64,000 bases of DNA from an uncultured Gemmatimonadales bacterium (lineage in GTDB: Bacteria; Gemmatimonadota; Gemmatimonadetes; Gemmatimonadales; GWC2-71-9). A program made the position numbers and the translations under genes. The stretch is taken from NCBI GenBank assembly GCA_963795085.1, contig CAWCFX010000006.1, positions 320,001-384,000 of the forward strand, given 5' to 3'. The notes beneath the pieces are model-generated. The model made no database searches. It was not told where the DNA came from and saw only the letters and a list, made by a program, of their open reading frames with translations. This document shows positions 63,201 through 64,000 of the stretch, piece after piece; position 1 is the first letter of the stretch, and every line of letters starts with the position of its first letter.

Positions 63201-63578
63201 TCACTCCACGATGAGCTTGCCCCGCAGCATGCTCATGCCACAGGTAAACTCAAAGGTGCCCGGCGTGTCCGGAGTGAACTCAACGGCGGTCTGCTGGTAT
63301 GCCGGGAGAAACTTGCGGATGCCGAAATCGGGGAAAACGATCTCTTCGCTGCAGCTGGACGTTTCCTGGCGGTCAAAGGTCAGCCGAACCGGCTGGCCCT
63401 GCTTCACGCGGATCACGGCGGGATCGTACCCGCCAAGCACGGCAATCGTGGCGCGCTGGATACCGCGGTCCCCCGCCTCGGCAACCGCCGCCTTGCGCCC
63501 CGCCAGGAAGAAGTACCAGTTGACCCACAGAATGGCGGCGGCGCCGCCGATCAGAACCATCCATTGTATCCCTGTCAT
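63201..63578 (-). CDS. Membrane-anchored cupredoxin domain protein (CupA-like)
   Basis: GGYDP, SSCSEEI, FTCGMSM. Confidence 0.9.
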   Translation of the reverse strand: MTGIQWMVLIGGAAAILWVNWYFFLAGRKAAVAEAGDRGIQRATIAVLGGYDPAVIRVKQGQPVRLTFDRQETSSCSEEIVFPDFGIRKFLPAYQQTAVEFTPDTPGTFEFTCGMSMLRGKLIVE

Positions 63579-63588
63579 GGCCTGCTCC

Positions 63589-63636
63589 TATACCCTGGTG
63601 GGGTATATACTACGATACCCCCACCCCCTATGTCAA
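63589..63636 (-). promoter_or_regulatory. CsoR operator(s) and promoter of the copper operon
   Basis: TATACCC-N5-GGGTATA palindrome; second C-tract site 63615-63631; TTGACA-N18-TAGTAT on minus strand. Confidence 0.8.
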
Positions 63637-63769
63637 GCCCAGCTTCAAGACCCCGGCCCCGCACCCCACCCAGCGTGAGGAGCGTCACTCCGCTCTGCCG
63701 AGGACTCGTGCATTGTCTGGAACAGCAAGCCCGAACTCCAGATGGCCCTCAACCACTTGGCGAGGCTCT

Positions 63770-64000
63770 ATGCCCAGGAAAGACCAGGACGAGAATACTT
63801 CCGCACCCTTTGTCCGGATGGATCCGGAGCAGCGCAGGCAGTTCGAAGAGGGAGGTCCGCTCAAGCACGAGGACGACCGGGTGACCGAAGTGGAGTTCGA
63901 CGCGGATGACCCCCGGGACGAGGACCGCATGGGCCGCCATGCCCAGCCGGAGAGCGAGGAGTTGCGGGAGGAAAAGGCGGCGGAGGTCGATGAGTCGGGG
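63770..64000 (+). CDS. Acidic hypothetical protein, 3'-truncated by window edge
   Basis: GAGG then ATG; open frame MPRKDQDENT...DESG to window end. Confidence 0.55.
   Translation, partial: MPRKDQDENTSAPFVRMDPEQRRQFEEGGPLKHEDDRVTEVEFDADDPRDEDRMGRHAQPESEELREEKAAEVDESG

Noticed and set aside
61050..63884. 944-aa plus-strand ORF
   Set aside because: Antisense shadow of copA and the cupredoxin gene; also runs across their promoter

Overview
High-GC bacterial chromosomal window; gene order and protein style suggest a diderm such as Gemmatimonadota, but that is inference. Housekeeping content: dnaE-accA-ricT-metG, waaA, an F1-only atpAGDC operon, mlaEFD, a sigma70-family gene frameshifted in a C7 run, and eight tRNA genes (Ala, Gly, fMet, Val, Pro and three CGN Arg isoacceptors, including the uncommon UCG). 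Two signalling blocks sit between the tRNA genes: MEDS-MetOD1-PAS kinase, and a frameshifted double kinase. The right end holds a CsoR-controlled copper cluster. Best leads: (1) a secreted Cys/His-rich, polyproline-tailed leader ORF whose last codons pair with the Shine-Dalgarno of a His/Met-rich outer-membrane protein gene, resembling CutF/CruR copper-sensing translational control; (2) a stand-alone ~200-nt structured transcript with a 14-nt perfect complement of the 16S 3' end and a 20-codon ORF; (3) a Rex/CRP-type palindrome over the atpA promoter; (4) a likely ATT-initiated alarmone hydrolase. Several families of intergenic 7-9-mer tandem repeats are present. I saw no CRISPR array, rRNA gene, transposase or integrase. 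All product calls come from motif recognition by eye; no searches were run.
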